Source of the DNA: Candidatus Nomurabacteria bacterium
GTDB taxonomy: Bacteria; Patescibacteriota; Patescibacteriia; HK-STAS-PATE-3
DNA length: 64,000 bases
Direction of reading: 5' to 3'
Assembly: GCA_023898465.1 (NCBI GenBank)
Contig: CP060223.1
Coordinates: 96,001 to 160,000, forward strand
The notes under the pieces: generated by a model
Told to the model about the DNA's origin: nothing
The model's database searches: none
The model's input: the letters and a program-made list of their open reading frames with translations, nothing else
Shown here: positions 1 through 9,304 of the stretch, one piece after another
Numbering within the stretch: position 1 is the stretch's first letter
Layout of the letters: every line of letters begins with the position of its first letter
Program-made: the position numbers and the translations under genes

Positions 1-2
1 TA

Positions 3-728
3 CTACGCCGCAAAGGCGTGGTCAGCATCGTGGTGTTATTGGCTCTGGCGATGAGCTACGGCGTGCTCTTAACTCAACCTTTTCTTTATCAGGCACGTGT
101 GGAGCTGCTTATTATTCAGCAGCAGTCAGAGAATCAAGATTTACTCTCTGCACTTCGCGCCACTGAACAGGTTGGTAAAGGCTTAGTTGATGTTATTAGC
201 ACCAGTTCATTCTTTGATAAGGTGCTGGCAACCGACTTTCCAATTACTGATGATTTCGGCACAAATCCGGAAGAGCGTCGCTTAGCTTGGCAAAAAACTG
301 CCCATGCATCTATTTCTCAGCAATCTGGAATCTTAACAGTCACCGTGCTGCACAAGAATAAAGAGCAGGCAGCGGTGATTGCCCGCGGCGTGGCGCAAGT
401 ACTTACCACCGAGAGTCAAGAGTTTCACGGTAAGGCAAATATCATTGTGAAGGTAGTAGATGATGTCTATACCAAGCAATGGCCTGTGCAACCAAACATT
501 CTTGGTACTACCGTAGCCGCGCTTTTCTTTGGCATCATTGCCGGTGTTGGAATTGTCGCCCTCCTTCCTTTGCCAAAAGCAAAAGAAGCCGCGCCAGCAA
601 TTCGTCGTACTGAAAATGATATGAGTGGAGCAGCGCCAAGTGCGCGAAAGACTTTGCATGAAATACGTATGAAGTCGACTCCGCCTCCGAGCCTACCGGG
701 CATCGATGAAGAGGAAGACGATCTCTAA
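3..728 (+). CDS. Polysaccharide chain-length determinant-like membrane protein (Wzz/CpsC-like). 5' end probably runs off the window, because the frame is open to nt 3.
   Basis: N-terminal TM followed by a PfLYqArveLLI motif typical of Wzz/CpsC, a long soluble segment, and a C-terminal TM (VAALFFGIIAGVGIVALLPLP). Reading frame is open from the window edge. GC is about 47%. Confidence 0.5.
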   Translation, partial: LRRKGVVSIVVLLALAMSYGVLLTQPFLYQARVELLIIQQQSENQDLLSALRATEQVGKGLVDVISTSSFFDKVLATDFPITDDFGTNPEERRLAWQKTAHASISQQSGILTVTVLHKNKEQAAVIARGVAQVLTTESQEFHGKANIIVKVVDDVYTKQWPVQPNILGTTVAALFFGIIAGVGIVALLPLPKAKEAAPAIRRTENDMSGAAPSARKTLHEIRMKSTPPPSLPGIDEEEDDL

Positions 729-861
729 CACGTCGTGCATTCTCAAGGGATGGAAGAGCTTCCATCCCGGAATGAGTGCGAGACCCGTACTCTGAACGTT
801 GACAATTGAACGTATCAGGACTGGTTCCTGCATACGACGAGATAAACTTGGAGGTTTCCGT

Positions 862-2085
862 ATGCGCTGTTTGACCATGGCGTTGTGCCTTTGGCTCATC
901 TTCGTGGCCAATGCGGCGCATGCAGGTGAGTATCAGAATCTCCGACCCGGTCCGCCGGTGTTGGAGCTGGGTGCGTTTTTCGCATCAACCTTTCCCGAAG
1001 CTCTACCACAGCTGCCAGCTGGCACGGTGGTAGCACACTTCCCGTGTCCGGTGCCGGCGACATTCGTGTTTGCCGATCGGAGTCTCCGCACCTACTCACT
1101 TCCGAGTGAGGCAAAGGTGGTGGCGACGGAGCTGCGTCGGGACGATGGTGGAGCGTACTACCAGTTGCTCTATCTCCTCTCGAATAAGCAGGCGAGCTAC
1201 GCGGAGCGATTCGCGTATCCGATCTGGCTGAATAGCGATCCGGTCTACGTCCCCAACAACACCAAACTCTTGGTATTGGAACGTGGTCCCGAGCAAGCGA
1301 CGGTTGTCACTTCTGCTCCTGTGACTGCGACACCGCAGCAGCAGGGTGAAGCGATCAAGACGACGCCGGTGGTGAGAAACACGCCCGTGTCCTCTGCGCC
1401 ATCGACTGGACGGGTTGAGGGTGAGCACATCATCCATCACCCCTTCATTCGCGGGCAGCTTGATTTGAGGACGGAGTTCCTCGGTGTGAAACCCGAGAAC
1501 ATCTTCACTCATCAAGTGATTCCATCGCTTTGGCTGAACCAACACCTTGGTTTGACCGGACGTTGGGAGCGGCACGAAGCGAAGGATCTCGATCCATCGC
1601 AGGGCTGGGGAGTCGGGCTCTGTTACCGGACAGCTCCTATACATCGATTGTCGGTCGAGTACGCTCGATTGACATTTGGTGAGATGAGTTCGTCCGGGCA
1701 AAGCATTCAGCTCGTGCATTTCGAATCCAGGCTACAAACCTGGTTCCTGCATCACGAGTTGGAAGCAGAGCAGCGGGATAACGACGCGAAGGAAGTTTGG
1801 ACTCGACTACGGTCGGGGCTTGCTTTCCAAGTCGGCTATCGTAGCCGGCTGCAGATGGGCGGAGAGTTAGCTAACCTGAACTACGAACTCGTAGCACAGG
1901 ACGGCTACTACTACGTGTCTGCACTTGGGACGCGCTTCAATCGATCTCACTACGGAGCATTTGCCAGCTTGGATACCCATCTGGGTGATCACTTCCCACT
2001 ACGACTTCTGGTCGGCGGCGGGAAGGGCAGTGTTCCAGAATGGAACTACATCAATGCCGAGCTGAGACTCGGAGTTGATTTCTGA
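862..2085 (+). CDS. Outer-membrane beta-barrel-like protein: signal peptide, N-terminal domain, Thr/Pro linker, C-terminal barrel ending ...LGVDF.
   Basis: ATG at 862 lies 8 nt after GGAGG. Signal peptide MRCLTMALCLWLIFVANAAHA. C-terminal Phe and alternating hydrophobic pattern. Paralogous to the protein at 4011-5207 (shared W-VGL-YR block). GC is about 60%. Confidence 0.6.
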   Translation: MRCLTMALCLWLIFVANAAHAGEYQNLRPGPPVLELGAFFASTFPEALPQLPAGTVVAHFPCPVPATFVFADRSLRTYSLPSEAKVVATELRRDDGGAYYQLLYLLSNKQASYAERFAYPIWLNSDPVYVPNNTKLLVLERGPEQATVVTSAPVTATPQQQGEAIKTTPVVRNTPVSSAPSTGRVEGEHIIHHPFIRGQLDLRTEFLGVKPENIFTHQVIPSLWLNQHLGLTGRWERHEAKDLDPSQGWGVGLCYRTAPIHRLSVEYARLTFGEMSSSGQSIQLVHFESRLQTWFLHHELEAEQRDNDAKEVWTRLRSGLAFQVGYRSRLQMGGELANLNYELVAQDGYYYVSALGTRFNRSHYGAFASLDTHLGDHFPLRLLVGGGKGSVPEWNYINAELRLGVDF

Positions 2086-2335
2086 TGTACGAATCCTGGC
2101 CACTTGGTCAGTACTCATAACTCGTCGGGTGGTCAGGAGATCCGTAAGGATTTCTACAAAAGGACCTAAGGGTCCGCGACCTGTGCCGAACGCACACGGA
2201 GGACAACATGCGAAAGCGTGCTCCGCCGACTATCTGATGAGCTTGTGTAACTGACCATGCCCCAATCAACTTGTTTGGGGCTAGGGATTAACCTGCCCCG
2301 ACAACAAAAAATTGGGGCAAGCCAAGGAGGAAGCC

Positions 2336-3625
2336 TTGTTCAAGCTTCGCATCAGCGCGATCTTCGCGCTTCTCATCCTTCTGGGTGCCGGTCTCTATGG
2401 CTGCGCTCAGGAGCCCATCGTGTTCCAGCCCGATCAGGATGTGCCGACCGATCAGCTGCCGGGCGATGGCACAGCCACGCTCAGTCTGCAGATCGGCGGC
2501 GTACCGGCCCAGCACAATGGAGGCGCTTCGAGTGCTTTCATGGTGACCAATACGGTGCAGGTGATCGGCAACATCTTCCTCACCGGTGACCGACTGGACA
2601 CCGAGTGGAAGATGCAGAACTGGAGCAGCGGCGATGTCCAAATCCAGACCATGAACGGTCGTTGGTATTCGGTCGCTCCTTCGGTCGACGGCAACGTCCA
2701 GATCACCAACTTCCTCATCAACGACATCCAGCCGCAGCATTTCGTGCAGCTGGATGAGATGAAGGGGATCTTCGCCCAGGTCAAGCTGTTGCCGGATTCG
2801 TCTGGCTTCCAGTTGTATCAGCTCGAAGACAACCGGGATCAGCTGATGACGGTGCACTACCGAGTCTACGATCCTGCCCCGGCTGACTTCCAGGGACTCC
2901 AGATCGTGGGAACTTCCACGAACTGGAATCAGATGTATCCGGAGGCGATCTACAGCTCCGACTACGGTATCTGGGAGTGGTGGGGTCCGGCGTTGAAGGC
3001 GAGCGGCAACAAGGTCGCTTTCCGGATTCGCGGAAGTGGGGCTCTGCCGACCTCGTATTTGATCACTGCCCAAGGCGAAGTGAACGGTACGCCGGTTGGT
3101 GAAGAGGTCCAGCTCGACTGTACGGAGTTGGTGGAGAACGTGAATACGTACTTCGCCAGCACGACCTGGTTCACCGACCGCGGTTGGTTGGCTGGGAAGC
3201 GAGTCTACCGACTCATCATCCACGAAGATGGTGGTATCGAACAGGGATGCGGAGGCATCCCGATTCAGACGACCATCTCGATCACGAACAACCGCATTCC
3301 GCAGGATCACCACCTGATGTGTGTCTACGACGGCTACAACGACAATCAGCCGTTCGAGATTCCTCGGGTGAGCGGCAAGTGGGAAACCACGCAGATCACG
3401 CTCCATTCTGGTCCGGCGGCTCTGTCGGTCTGGGATACGAGTGACGGAGACAAGCCGATCATCACCACGGTGAAGATCGGCAGCCAGGAAGTGAAGCACC
3501 TCGAAGTGTTTCAGGATCCTGGTTCGGAGCCGACGGTTCACTTCACCTTCGTCCTTGGCGAGGGTCCGACCCTGCAACAGGGGACGGACAATCGCACTGG
3601 TACGATCGGAGGAGAGAACTACTAA
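2336..3625 (+). CDS. Lipoprotein (lipobox LYGC) with a possible CBM/starch-binding-like segment.
   Basis: TTG start 6 nt after AGGAGG. Signal peptide plus LLGAGLYGCAQ lipobox. Segment QIVGTSTNWNQMY...WEWWGP...VAFRIRG resembles CBM20/48-type glycan-binding modules. Confidence 0.55.
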   Translation: MFKLRISAIFALLILLGAGLYGCAQEPIVFQPDQDVPTDQLPGDGTATLSLQIGGVPAQHNGGASSAFMVTNTVQVIGNIFLTGDRLDTEWKMQNWSSGDVQIQTMNGRWYSVAPSVDGNVQITNFLINDIQPQHFVQLDEMKGIFAQVKLLPDSSGFQLYQLEDNRDQLMTVHYRVYDPAPADFQGLQIVGTSTNWNQMYPEAIYSSDYGIWEWWGPALKASGNKVAFRIRGSGALPTSYLITAQGEVNGTPVGEEVQLDCTELVENVNTYFASTTWFTDRGWLAGKRVYRLIIHEDGGIEQGCGGIPIQTTISITNNRIPQDHHLMCVYDGYNDNQPFEIPRVSGKWETTQITLHSGPAALSVWDTSDGDKPIITTVKIGSQEVKHLEVFQDPGSEPTVHFTFVLGEGPTLQQGTDNRTGTIGGENY

Positions 3626-3663
3626 TCGCCAGCCCTGGGAACGCTGACGATTGCACATTCTTG

Positions 3664-3702
3664 CCCCGCCCGCTACAACACTTTGTGTTGAAGCGCGGCG
3701 GG
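3664..3702 (+). terminator. Rho-independent terminator.
   Basis: GC-rich hairpin ccccgcccgc...gcgcggcgggg followed by cTTTCTTTT. Confidence 0.6.
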
Positions 3703-3781
3703 GCTTTCTTTTACCTTGGCAGGATGGAAATGTAACTAGTCTTCAAGTTCTGATGTTTGTTGAAGCAATGTTTCGTAGGGC

Positions 3782-3810
3782 TTGACAAAATAGCACTTTT
3801 CCTGCTAAAG
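3782..3810 (+). promoter_or_regulatory. Sigma70-like promoter. Its -35 context gcTTGACAaaat is shared with the promoter at 7944.
   Basis: TTGACA at 3782 with a 17 nt spacer to cTAAAg. Confidence 0.4.
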
Positions 3811-4010
3811 TTCGCCGTTAACCAATGCGTAAAACCATCTAAAAAACGAACATTTTTACCACAACGACCTTAGTCGTTTGTGCTACTTATGGACATGAAT
3901 GGCTTGAGAAATGCCTAGCATTCCTCAACCGATTCTGGACCGGAAGTACTGCAGTAATTGTCATTCTTTGACAATTGAATTCAGAAGTCATTCTCACAGA
4001 GGAGGGTCTC

Positions 4011-5207
4011 ATGCGGACCTGGTATGTGGTTCTTGCGCTACTGGCGCTCGTCTCCTTTGGGTCCGCTCGGGCCCAGGTCATCGAAATCCCGATCGACTAC
4101 GTCGCGACGGATTCGGTGATTGCGAACTGGCCGCATCTCAACATCGGGGGCAACCCGGTGTACAAGAGCGGCTACCCGGCTGATTCCTTGGCAGTACATG
4201 CTGCTCGGGACGGCTGGTTCAAGACGACCTTCAACTTTCCCGTCGGGATCTACTGTCTCGATAAGGATGGGAAGATCATCAAGGGACGTGTCGAACCCGG
4301 ACAAACCATGAAGAATGGTGCCCGGGCCGATACGCTGATCGTGTCTATTCTAGCTGAGACGCCGGAGCAGACGCTGTATCAGATCCACGTTATTCAGGCG
4401 TGCGGTAACCCCGTGCTCTGGTCAGGCGTCGGTGTGTTGAAAGCACCGAAGCCGACTGGCCCACTGCCGCCGCCAACCCTGACTGTTCCGAAGCCCCCAG
4501 CACCACCTCCCATTGCGGAGACGGAGCCGCCGATCGTAGTAGAGCCTGAAAAACACTTCAGGCTACCGATCGATGGTTGGGCTGGAGTGGCAGGAAGTAA
4601 GTCACTCGAGTCCAAGGCTTGGTCGCTCTTCGAGGGCGTCTACATCGACTTTCCGTTGATCGTGGACAAGCTCACGTTCAAGTTTGGGGCGGCAACGTCT
4701 CAGGCAAACTACGAGAAGCTCCGTGGTCGGACGAGTTACCGAGGTGTTGGCGGCGATATGAGTCGCTGGCAAGTCGGCCTCTTCTACCGGCCTTGGGACA
4801 ACATCCAGGTTACCGGCCTGATTGGTCAGCAGTATGACCATAAGGCTGGCGACTGGCAGGATGGCGTCCAGCTGGAAGGAGTGCTGGGTTTCCCCATCGG
4901 TCGCTGGTGGAACGATGAGGATGTCAGCTACGGCACTACGACCAAAGCACTTTGGTTCCGCACTCGACATGCCTACAAGCTGTCGGGTGAAGGAATGCAT
5001 TGGTGGTCGATCGGCGGCGAGTTTGTCTATGACTCGTTCATGGACAACGATGGTCGATTCTACACTTCGCGCGTTCACGTATTTGGGAAGCGAGAGTTTC
5101 CCGGATTCTGGAATCGCGAGGCTGTCTTCATCTTCGGTGGCGGAAGAGGGAGTAAAGACGAGGCTTGGGGCCTCATAGCAGAACTAGGGCAGCGGCTCTG
5201 GTTCTAG
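4011..5207 (+). CDS. Outer-membrane beta-barrel-like protein, paralog of 862-2085; Pro-rich linker; ends ...GQRLWF.
   Basis: ATG lies 6 nt after GGAGGG. Signal peptide MRTWYVVLALLALVSFGSARAQ. PPPTLTVPKPPAPPP linker. C-terminal Phe. Motif RWQVGLFYR aligns with GWGVGLCYR of the paralog. Confidence 0.6.
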   Translation: MRTWYVVLALLALVSFGSARAQVIEIPIDYVATDSVIANWPHLNIGGNPVYKSGYPADSLAVHAARDGWFKTTFNFPVGIYCLDKDGKIIKGRVEPGQTMKNGARADTLIVSILAETPEQTLYQIHVIQACGNPVLWSGVGVLKAPKPTGPLPPPTLTVPKPPAPPPIAETEPPIVVEPEKHFRLPIDGWAGVAGSKSLESKAWSLFEGVYIDFPLIVDKLTFKFGAATSQANYEKLRGRTSYRGVGGDMSRWQVGLFYRPWDNIQVTGLIGQQYDHKAGDWQDGVQLEGVLGFPIGRWWNDEDVSYGTTTKALWFRTRHAYKLSGEGMHWWSIGGEFVYDSFMDNDGRFYTSRVHVFGKREFPGFWNREAVFIFGGGRGSKDEAWGLIAELGQRLWF

Positions 5208-5221
5208 AAGGGAGATTCCTG

Positions 5222-6385
5222 ATGCGTTTTCTCCGTTTCATGGCCGCTGCGCTGTTGCTGCTCGGTGCCTTCGGGTGCCAGAAGCTCCCCAGCGAGCCGA
5301 TCGACACCGGTGGCAGTCAGCCGCCGCAGGAGTACAACGGACCTGAGTCTGGTCTCGCGCTCAACTTCGAGCGTGGCGCCGGACAATACGAATTCGTTTC
5401 CGACATGTTCATCCATCAGGGTGGCGTGACGGATTGGGCGACTGTAACAGTCAACCCGGATAACTTCTTCCTCACCACCTACGCTGGACACTGGTATAGC
5501 GACATGCTGACCAGGGACGGTGTGCCGGTGCTGGGAGACTACACTCTGGCCGGTTCGACTCCGTCCAACTACTGGATGGATGAGAACCGCGGTGTTTTCG
5601 CGAGCCACATGGTTCTCGTCAGCGACGCTGACAGTGCCTGGGTCTGGCAGTGGCCCTCCAATGCCAGCCAGTTGGTCGACCTCGACATCGAGGTGCTCAA
5701 CTGGTCATCGGCAACGGATCTTGGCGTGGTCGGTACGCCGACGTGTTACGTCGTGCACCCGGCCATGTTGAACCACTTGCATGACAACGTCTACGGACGC
5801 TCGCTACGCCTCCTGCCCGGTGATGCCAAAATCGCTGTGATGGATATGTACGAGCGAGTTGGTCTGGGTGATGCAGTCACGGTCCGTATCAACGGCACCG
5901 AGCTGGTCGCCTACGTCGATGACTTCACGCATGACAACCAGCCGACGGTACATCGTTACTTCCGCTTTCACGTGAACGCGGATGGGACGGTGAGCTCGAT
6001 CGGTACTGAGAACCGATTCTCGTATGGGAACACGGTCTCGGTCAGCAATTCCAATATCGATCCCAGCGCTACGGTGTATCTCAACGGCACAGGCCTCACC
6101 AACGGTGAGATGATGCCGATGACCTATGTCGGCAGCTGGACCTGGCAGCTCACCGGTCTCACGACCTGGGTGGGCGAGCAGGATTTGAGGGTGAGTATGG
6201 AAGACGGGACTGGTGTGTTTCGTACCGTTCGCTTGAACGGAACGGAGTTGCACCACCTGGCTGCCGTGCCGCTCGACCCGGATCCTCCGATCCAGGTCTT
6301 CCGATGCACGCCCATGCATGACCACACGGTGATGCAGGGCGAGGACAACCGGGCCGCTGACATCGGCATGGAGACCGGCGGATGA
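5222..6385 (+). CDS. Lipoprotein (lipobox LGAFGC).
   Basis: ATG after AGAAGGGAG. Signal peptide MRFLRFMAAALLLLGAFGCQ. High GC. Confidence 0.55.
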   Translation: MRFLRFMAAALLLLGAFGCQKLPSEPIDTGGSQPPQEYNGPESGLALNFERGAGQYEFVSDMFIHQGGVTDWATVTVNPDNFFLTTYAGHWYSDMLTRDGVPVLGDYTLAGSTPSNYWMDENRGVFASHMVLVSDADSAWVWQWPSNASQLVDLDIEVLNWSSATDLGVVGTPTCYVVHPAMLNHLHDNVYGRSLRLLPGDAKIAVMDMYERVGLGDAVTVRINGTELVAYVDDFTHDNQPTVHRYFRFHVNADGTVSSIGTENRFSYGNTVSVSNSNIDPSATVYLNGTGLTNGEMMPMTYVGSWTWQLTGLTTWVGEQDLRVSMEDGTGVFRTVRLNGTELHHLAAVPLDPDPPIQVFRCTPMHDHTVMQGEDNRAADIGMETGG

Positions 6386-7869
6386 GCGAAGAAGGTGATG
6401 CGACAAGTCGTGAGGTGCCTCCCCAAGTAAGAGAGGTACTTCGCCAAATGCAACGAGTCGCGAAGAGAGATCGCAAAAAGAAGGCGAAGCATCGAGCCCG
6501 CAGAGAGGAACGGAAAAAACAGGCAAAGGCAAGAGTGAAAGCTCGAACGGGTGAGCAGTCAACAGGTTCTCCAAGGAAAGGAGATGAACCTCGTCGTCCT
6601 GTTCCGCCGCCTCAGCCTGCACCAAGTGCTTCGCCGTCCTACGCATCTCTACTGGGAGATAAGCTTGGGGGAATTCCTCAAGTAAGACGAAATCCGAAGA
6701 GAGCAGAAACAAACCTGGGAGGCTCGCCGAGCTTCCCCCAAGATGAGGAGGGTCATGTAATGCCCGAGGTGTCCATGCGCGAAGAAGGAGGATCGAGGAA
6801 GCTTTTGATTGCCACTGTGGCGATCTTGTGCGTCCTCTTGGTCGGGGTGCTGATCTACACGCATCCCTGGAGTCCTCAGCAAGGTCTGACGGAGACCGAG
6901 GTGTCGGATATGATCAGGGAGTTCGCTGATCAGATGCCGGCTCCGGTCGCTGAAATCCCCGATGACGTGGTACGCAAGGGTGACCTTGCTTCGATGCAGC
7001 CGGCGGCGATCACTCTCAGCGCTTTCGACGAGACCTATCTCGATACGCTGTGGGCGACGGTCAAGGATCCGGTGACCGGGAAGATCGACTCGACGATGGT
7101 CGTGAAGACCCGGACGAGGAATCCCATCACTGATTTGCAGAAGGACGTGAAGAGTACCAATGCCGAGGCTCGTGCAGCCAAGGTTGCGGCACGGAATGCG
7201 GAGAAGCGTCTCAAGGAGACGCCGACCCAATTCGCCGTGACCGTGCCTTCGACTTCCACATCGACTTCGCTTCACCAGCCTGGTGGAGTGCAGTTGGGTG
7301 GTACCACGACCACGACGGCGCCTGTGCAGATGACGACTCGAACGAGTACGCAAGCCGGGCTGGTGGCTGGTACGATCGGAGGTGGTTCGCCGCCCCCGCC
7401 GCCGGCTAGCAACGTCGCTGTGTCCATGACTACCACGATGGTTCCGGCCGGTGAACAGGTGATGGGTGGGGACGGCTTGATGAAGCAGGGTCCGGCCGTT
7501 GCCTTTGTCTACAACGGTCAGACCTACGTTCGTCGGGATCTGGTGCAGCGCAACAAGTACGGCGACCCGATCAACCCCAGTCGAGCTGACCAGAACTTCT
7601 ACGTGATGGCCGGCGAGCAGGGGATGAACTGGAAGCTCGTCAATCCGGCCAAGCAGAAGATGACGGTCCAGGGCGACTATTTGGTCTGGCCTGGCGTGAT
7701 CAAAGGTCCTTTCCAGGTCGGCTGGGTGGATCCGAACGACCCGGCCTACATGCCTGAAAGTGGCGTAGTCTGGGCTCCGATCGCTGAGTTCTACTCCGGC
7801 TACGACGGGACCTTCTGTCGTGACCCCGACTATCAGTTGAGGGCTGTGGCGATCCAGCAGATGCCGTAG
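6382..7869 (+). CDS. Membrane-anchored protein with a Lys/Arg-rich N-terminal tail, one TM, a Thr-rich linker and a conserved C-terminal domain shared with 8047-9225. An alternative start exists at 6760.
   Basis: ATG at 6382 overlaps the upstream stop. An in-frame ATG at 6760 has a very good GGAGGG RBS. TM LLIATVAILCVLLVGVLIY. C-terminal about 120 aa shares ~45% identity with the 8047 protein. Confidence 0.55.
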   Translation: MSEEGDATSREVPPQVREVLRQMQRVAKRDRKKKAKHRARREERKKQAKARVKARTGEQSTGSPRKGDEPRRPVPPPQPAPSASPSYASLLGDKLGGIPQVRRNPKRAETNLGGSPSFPQDEEGHVMPEVSMREEGGSRKLLIATVAILCVLLVGVLIYTHPWSPQQGLTETEVSDMIREFADQMPAPVAEIPDDVVRKGDLASMQPAAITLSAFDETYLDTLWATVKDPVTGKIDSTMVVKTRTRNPITDLQKDVKSTNAEARAAKVAARNAEKRLKETPTQFAVTVPSTSTSTSLHQPGGVQLGGTTTTTAPVQMTTRTSTQAGLVAGTIGGGSPPPPPASNVAVSMTTTMVPAGEQVMGGDGLMKQGPAVAFVYNGQTYVRRDLVQRNKYGDPINPSRADQNFYVMAGEQGMNWKLVNPAKQKMTVQGDYLVWPGVIKGPFQVGWVDPNDPAYMPESGVVWAPIAEFYSGYDGTFCRDPDYQLRAVAIQQMP

Positions 7870-7897
7870 TCCGCGACTGCAACGTTCTTTACTTCAA

Positions 7898-7936
7898 CCC
7901 CCGCTATATCTACGGATGTAGCGGGGCTTTCTTTTT
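7898..7936 (+). terminator. Rho-independent terminator.
   Basis: Hairpin ccccgctatatctacggatgtagcgggg followed by cTTTCTTTTT. Confidence 0.7.
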
Positions 7937-7943
7937 ACTATGC

Positions 7944-7972
7944 TTGACAAAATGCCAAAAATAGCATACTAT
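7944..7972 (+). promoter_or_regulatory. Sigma70 promoter.
   Basis: TTGACA, 17 nt spacer, TACTAT. Confidence 0.55.
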
Positions 7973-8046
7973 AGCCGGTTCTTTTTGCACCTCACAATCT
8001 AGTTACACAAGCGAGAGACACTACACATCCCAACCGGGAGGACTAC

Positions 8047-9225
8047 ATGCTCCAACGTTTCTTTGCGTGGTCTTTGCTGGCGCTCTTCGCCTTCGGCTGT
8101 GCCGGAGGTAGTGCCACGCTGAAGCAGCATCAGCAGCCCGTCGGGCAGGTCTACGTGGGCGACTGCGTGCCGTCGGATGGCATTCATCCGACTGGCTACC
8201 TTCGCCTGACCAAGCCGCCGGAGGACTTCAACTCGATGCTGTCGATGTGGCACGCTGTTCAGGCCGAGGGTTCATCCGAGCCCTCGAAGATCGAGGTCGA
8301 CTACATCCGGGTCTACGCCCACGTAGCCGGCCGCGATTCACTGCTCGACAGCGACGAGTACAACGACATGATCGGGGACGGAGGTCTCTATCTTCGTCAT
8401 CCCTCGTGGTTCTACAACGATGACCATACGAGTCTGCCCTGCGAGTTCGACATGGTCAACGGTTACTTGGTCTTGCGACCGAGCGACTACCCGGATCGAG
8501 TCTTTCACTGGTGGAATTCCTACCATCCAGCGGAGGATGTCTGGCGTGTCACTATTCCGGCCGGTGCTACCAACTGCTGGGCAGAGACTCGGATTCGGAT
8601 TACGGGTCCAGCCTATGTCCAGGGCGGCATTGACTACTGGCGTTCACTCACTGCTCCGTACGGCGGCGTCGAAGTGAACAACCGGGAAGCCTGCATGTCC
8701 AACTGGACTTGCTCGGCTGATCCGGGTTGGCAGACCATCGTGGTTGGTAAGGACAAGCCGCAGGGCGACAGCGCTGTGGTCGATGCCGATGAGAACGGGA
8801 AACCGAAAGTCGTCCAGGCTCCGGTCTACGATCCTTTCGAGAGCAAGGCCGACGGTCTCCTCAAGAAAGGCGCTGCTGTCTGTTTTGTACAAGACGGACG
8901 CACCTACTTCCCGAAGGAGATCGTGGCGACGAACAAGTACAGCGATCCGGCTCGCCCCAAGAATGGCAAGTACTACTTGCTGGGCGGGGTGAAGCCATGG
9001 GCTATCGCCGGCGACGATCAAGAGCTCCGGGAAAACGGGGATTACCTCTACTATCCCGGCGTGGTCGACAAGGTGTGTCAGGTGGGCTGGGAGGATCCGG
9101 CCGACGCTTCGGCCGATCCGTCCGGAACCGTATGGAGCGCTTCAGCGGAACTTTTCTCGGGTCGCCCGGGATCAGTTTCGAAGAACGGTCAGTACGGCTA
9201 CCTGCCAGTCAATCTCTCCAACTAG
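8047..9225 (+). CDS. Lipoprotein carrying the same C-terminal domain as 6382-7869.
   Basis: ATG lies 7 nt after GGGAGG. Lipobox LFAFGCAG. C-terminal block GLLKKGAAVCFVQDGRTY...NKYSDP...GDYLYYPGV...QVGWEDP...GTVW...AELFSG aligns with the 6382 protein. Confidence 0.6.
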   Translation: MLQRFFAWSLLALFAFGCAGGSATLKQHQQPVGQVYVGDCVPSDGIHPTGYLRLTKPPEDFNSMLSMWHAVQAEGSSEPSKIEVDYIRVYAHVAGRDSLLDSDEYNDMIGDGGLYLRHPSWFYNDDHTSLPCEFDMVNGYLVLRPSDYPDRVFHWWNSYHPAEDVWRVTIPAGATNCWAETRIRITGPAYVQGGIDYWRSLTAPYGGVEVNNREACMSNWTCSADPGWQTIVVGKDKPQGDSAVVDADENGKPKVVQAPVYDPFESKADGLLKKGAAVCFVQDGRTYFPKEIVATNKYSDPARPKNGKYYLLGGVKPWAIAGDDQELRENGDYLYYPGVVDKVCQVGWEDPADASADPSGTVWSASAELFSGRPGSVSKNGQYGYLPVNLSN

Positions 9226-9240
9226 GAGAAGGTGATTCAC

Positions 9241-9277
9241 CCCGGTGCATGCAATGCGTGCGCCGGGTTTTCTTATT
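9241..9277 (+). terminator. Rho-independent terminator.
   Basis: Hairpin cccggtgcatgcaatgcgtgcgccggg followed by TTTTCTTATT. Confidence 0.7.
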
Positions 9278-9304
9278 GACCATGGGCAATATTTTTGCTA
9301 TAGT
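9276..9304 (+). promoter_or_regulatory. Sigma70 promoter.
   Basis: TTGACC, 17 nt spacer, TATAGT. ATG at 9335. Confidence 0.55.

Noticed and set aside
2288-3658. 456 aa ORF antisense to the 2336-3625 lipoprotein gene, and several other long antisense ORFs in 1-9300.
   Set aside because: High-GC DNA generates long spurious open frames. The sense frames have RBS, signal peptides and paralog support, and the antisense frames are low-complexity Arg-rich.
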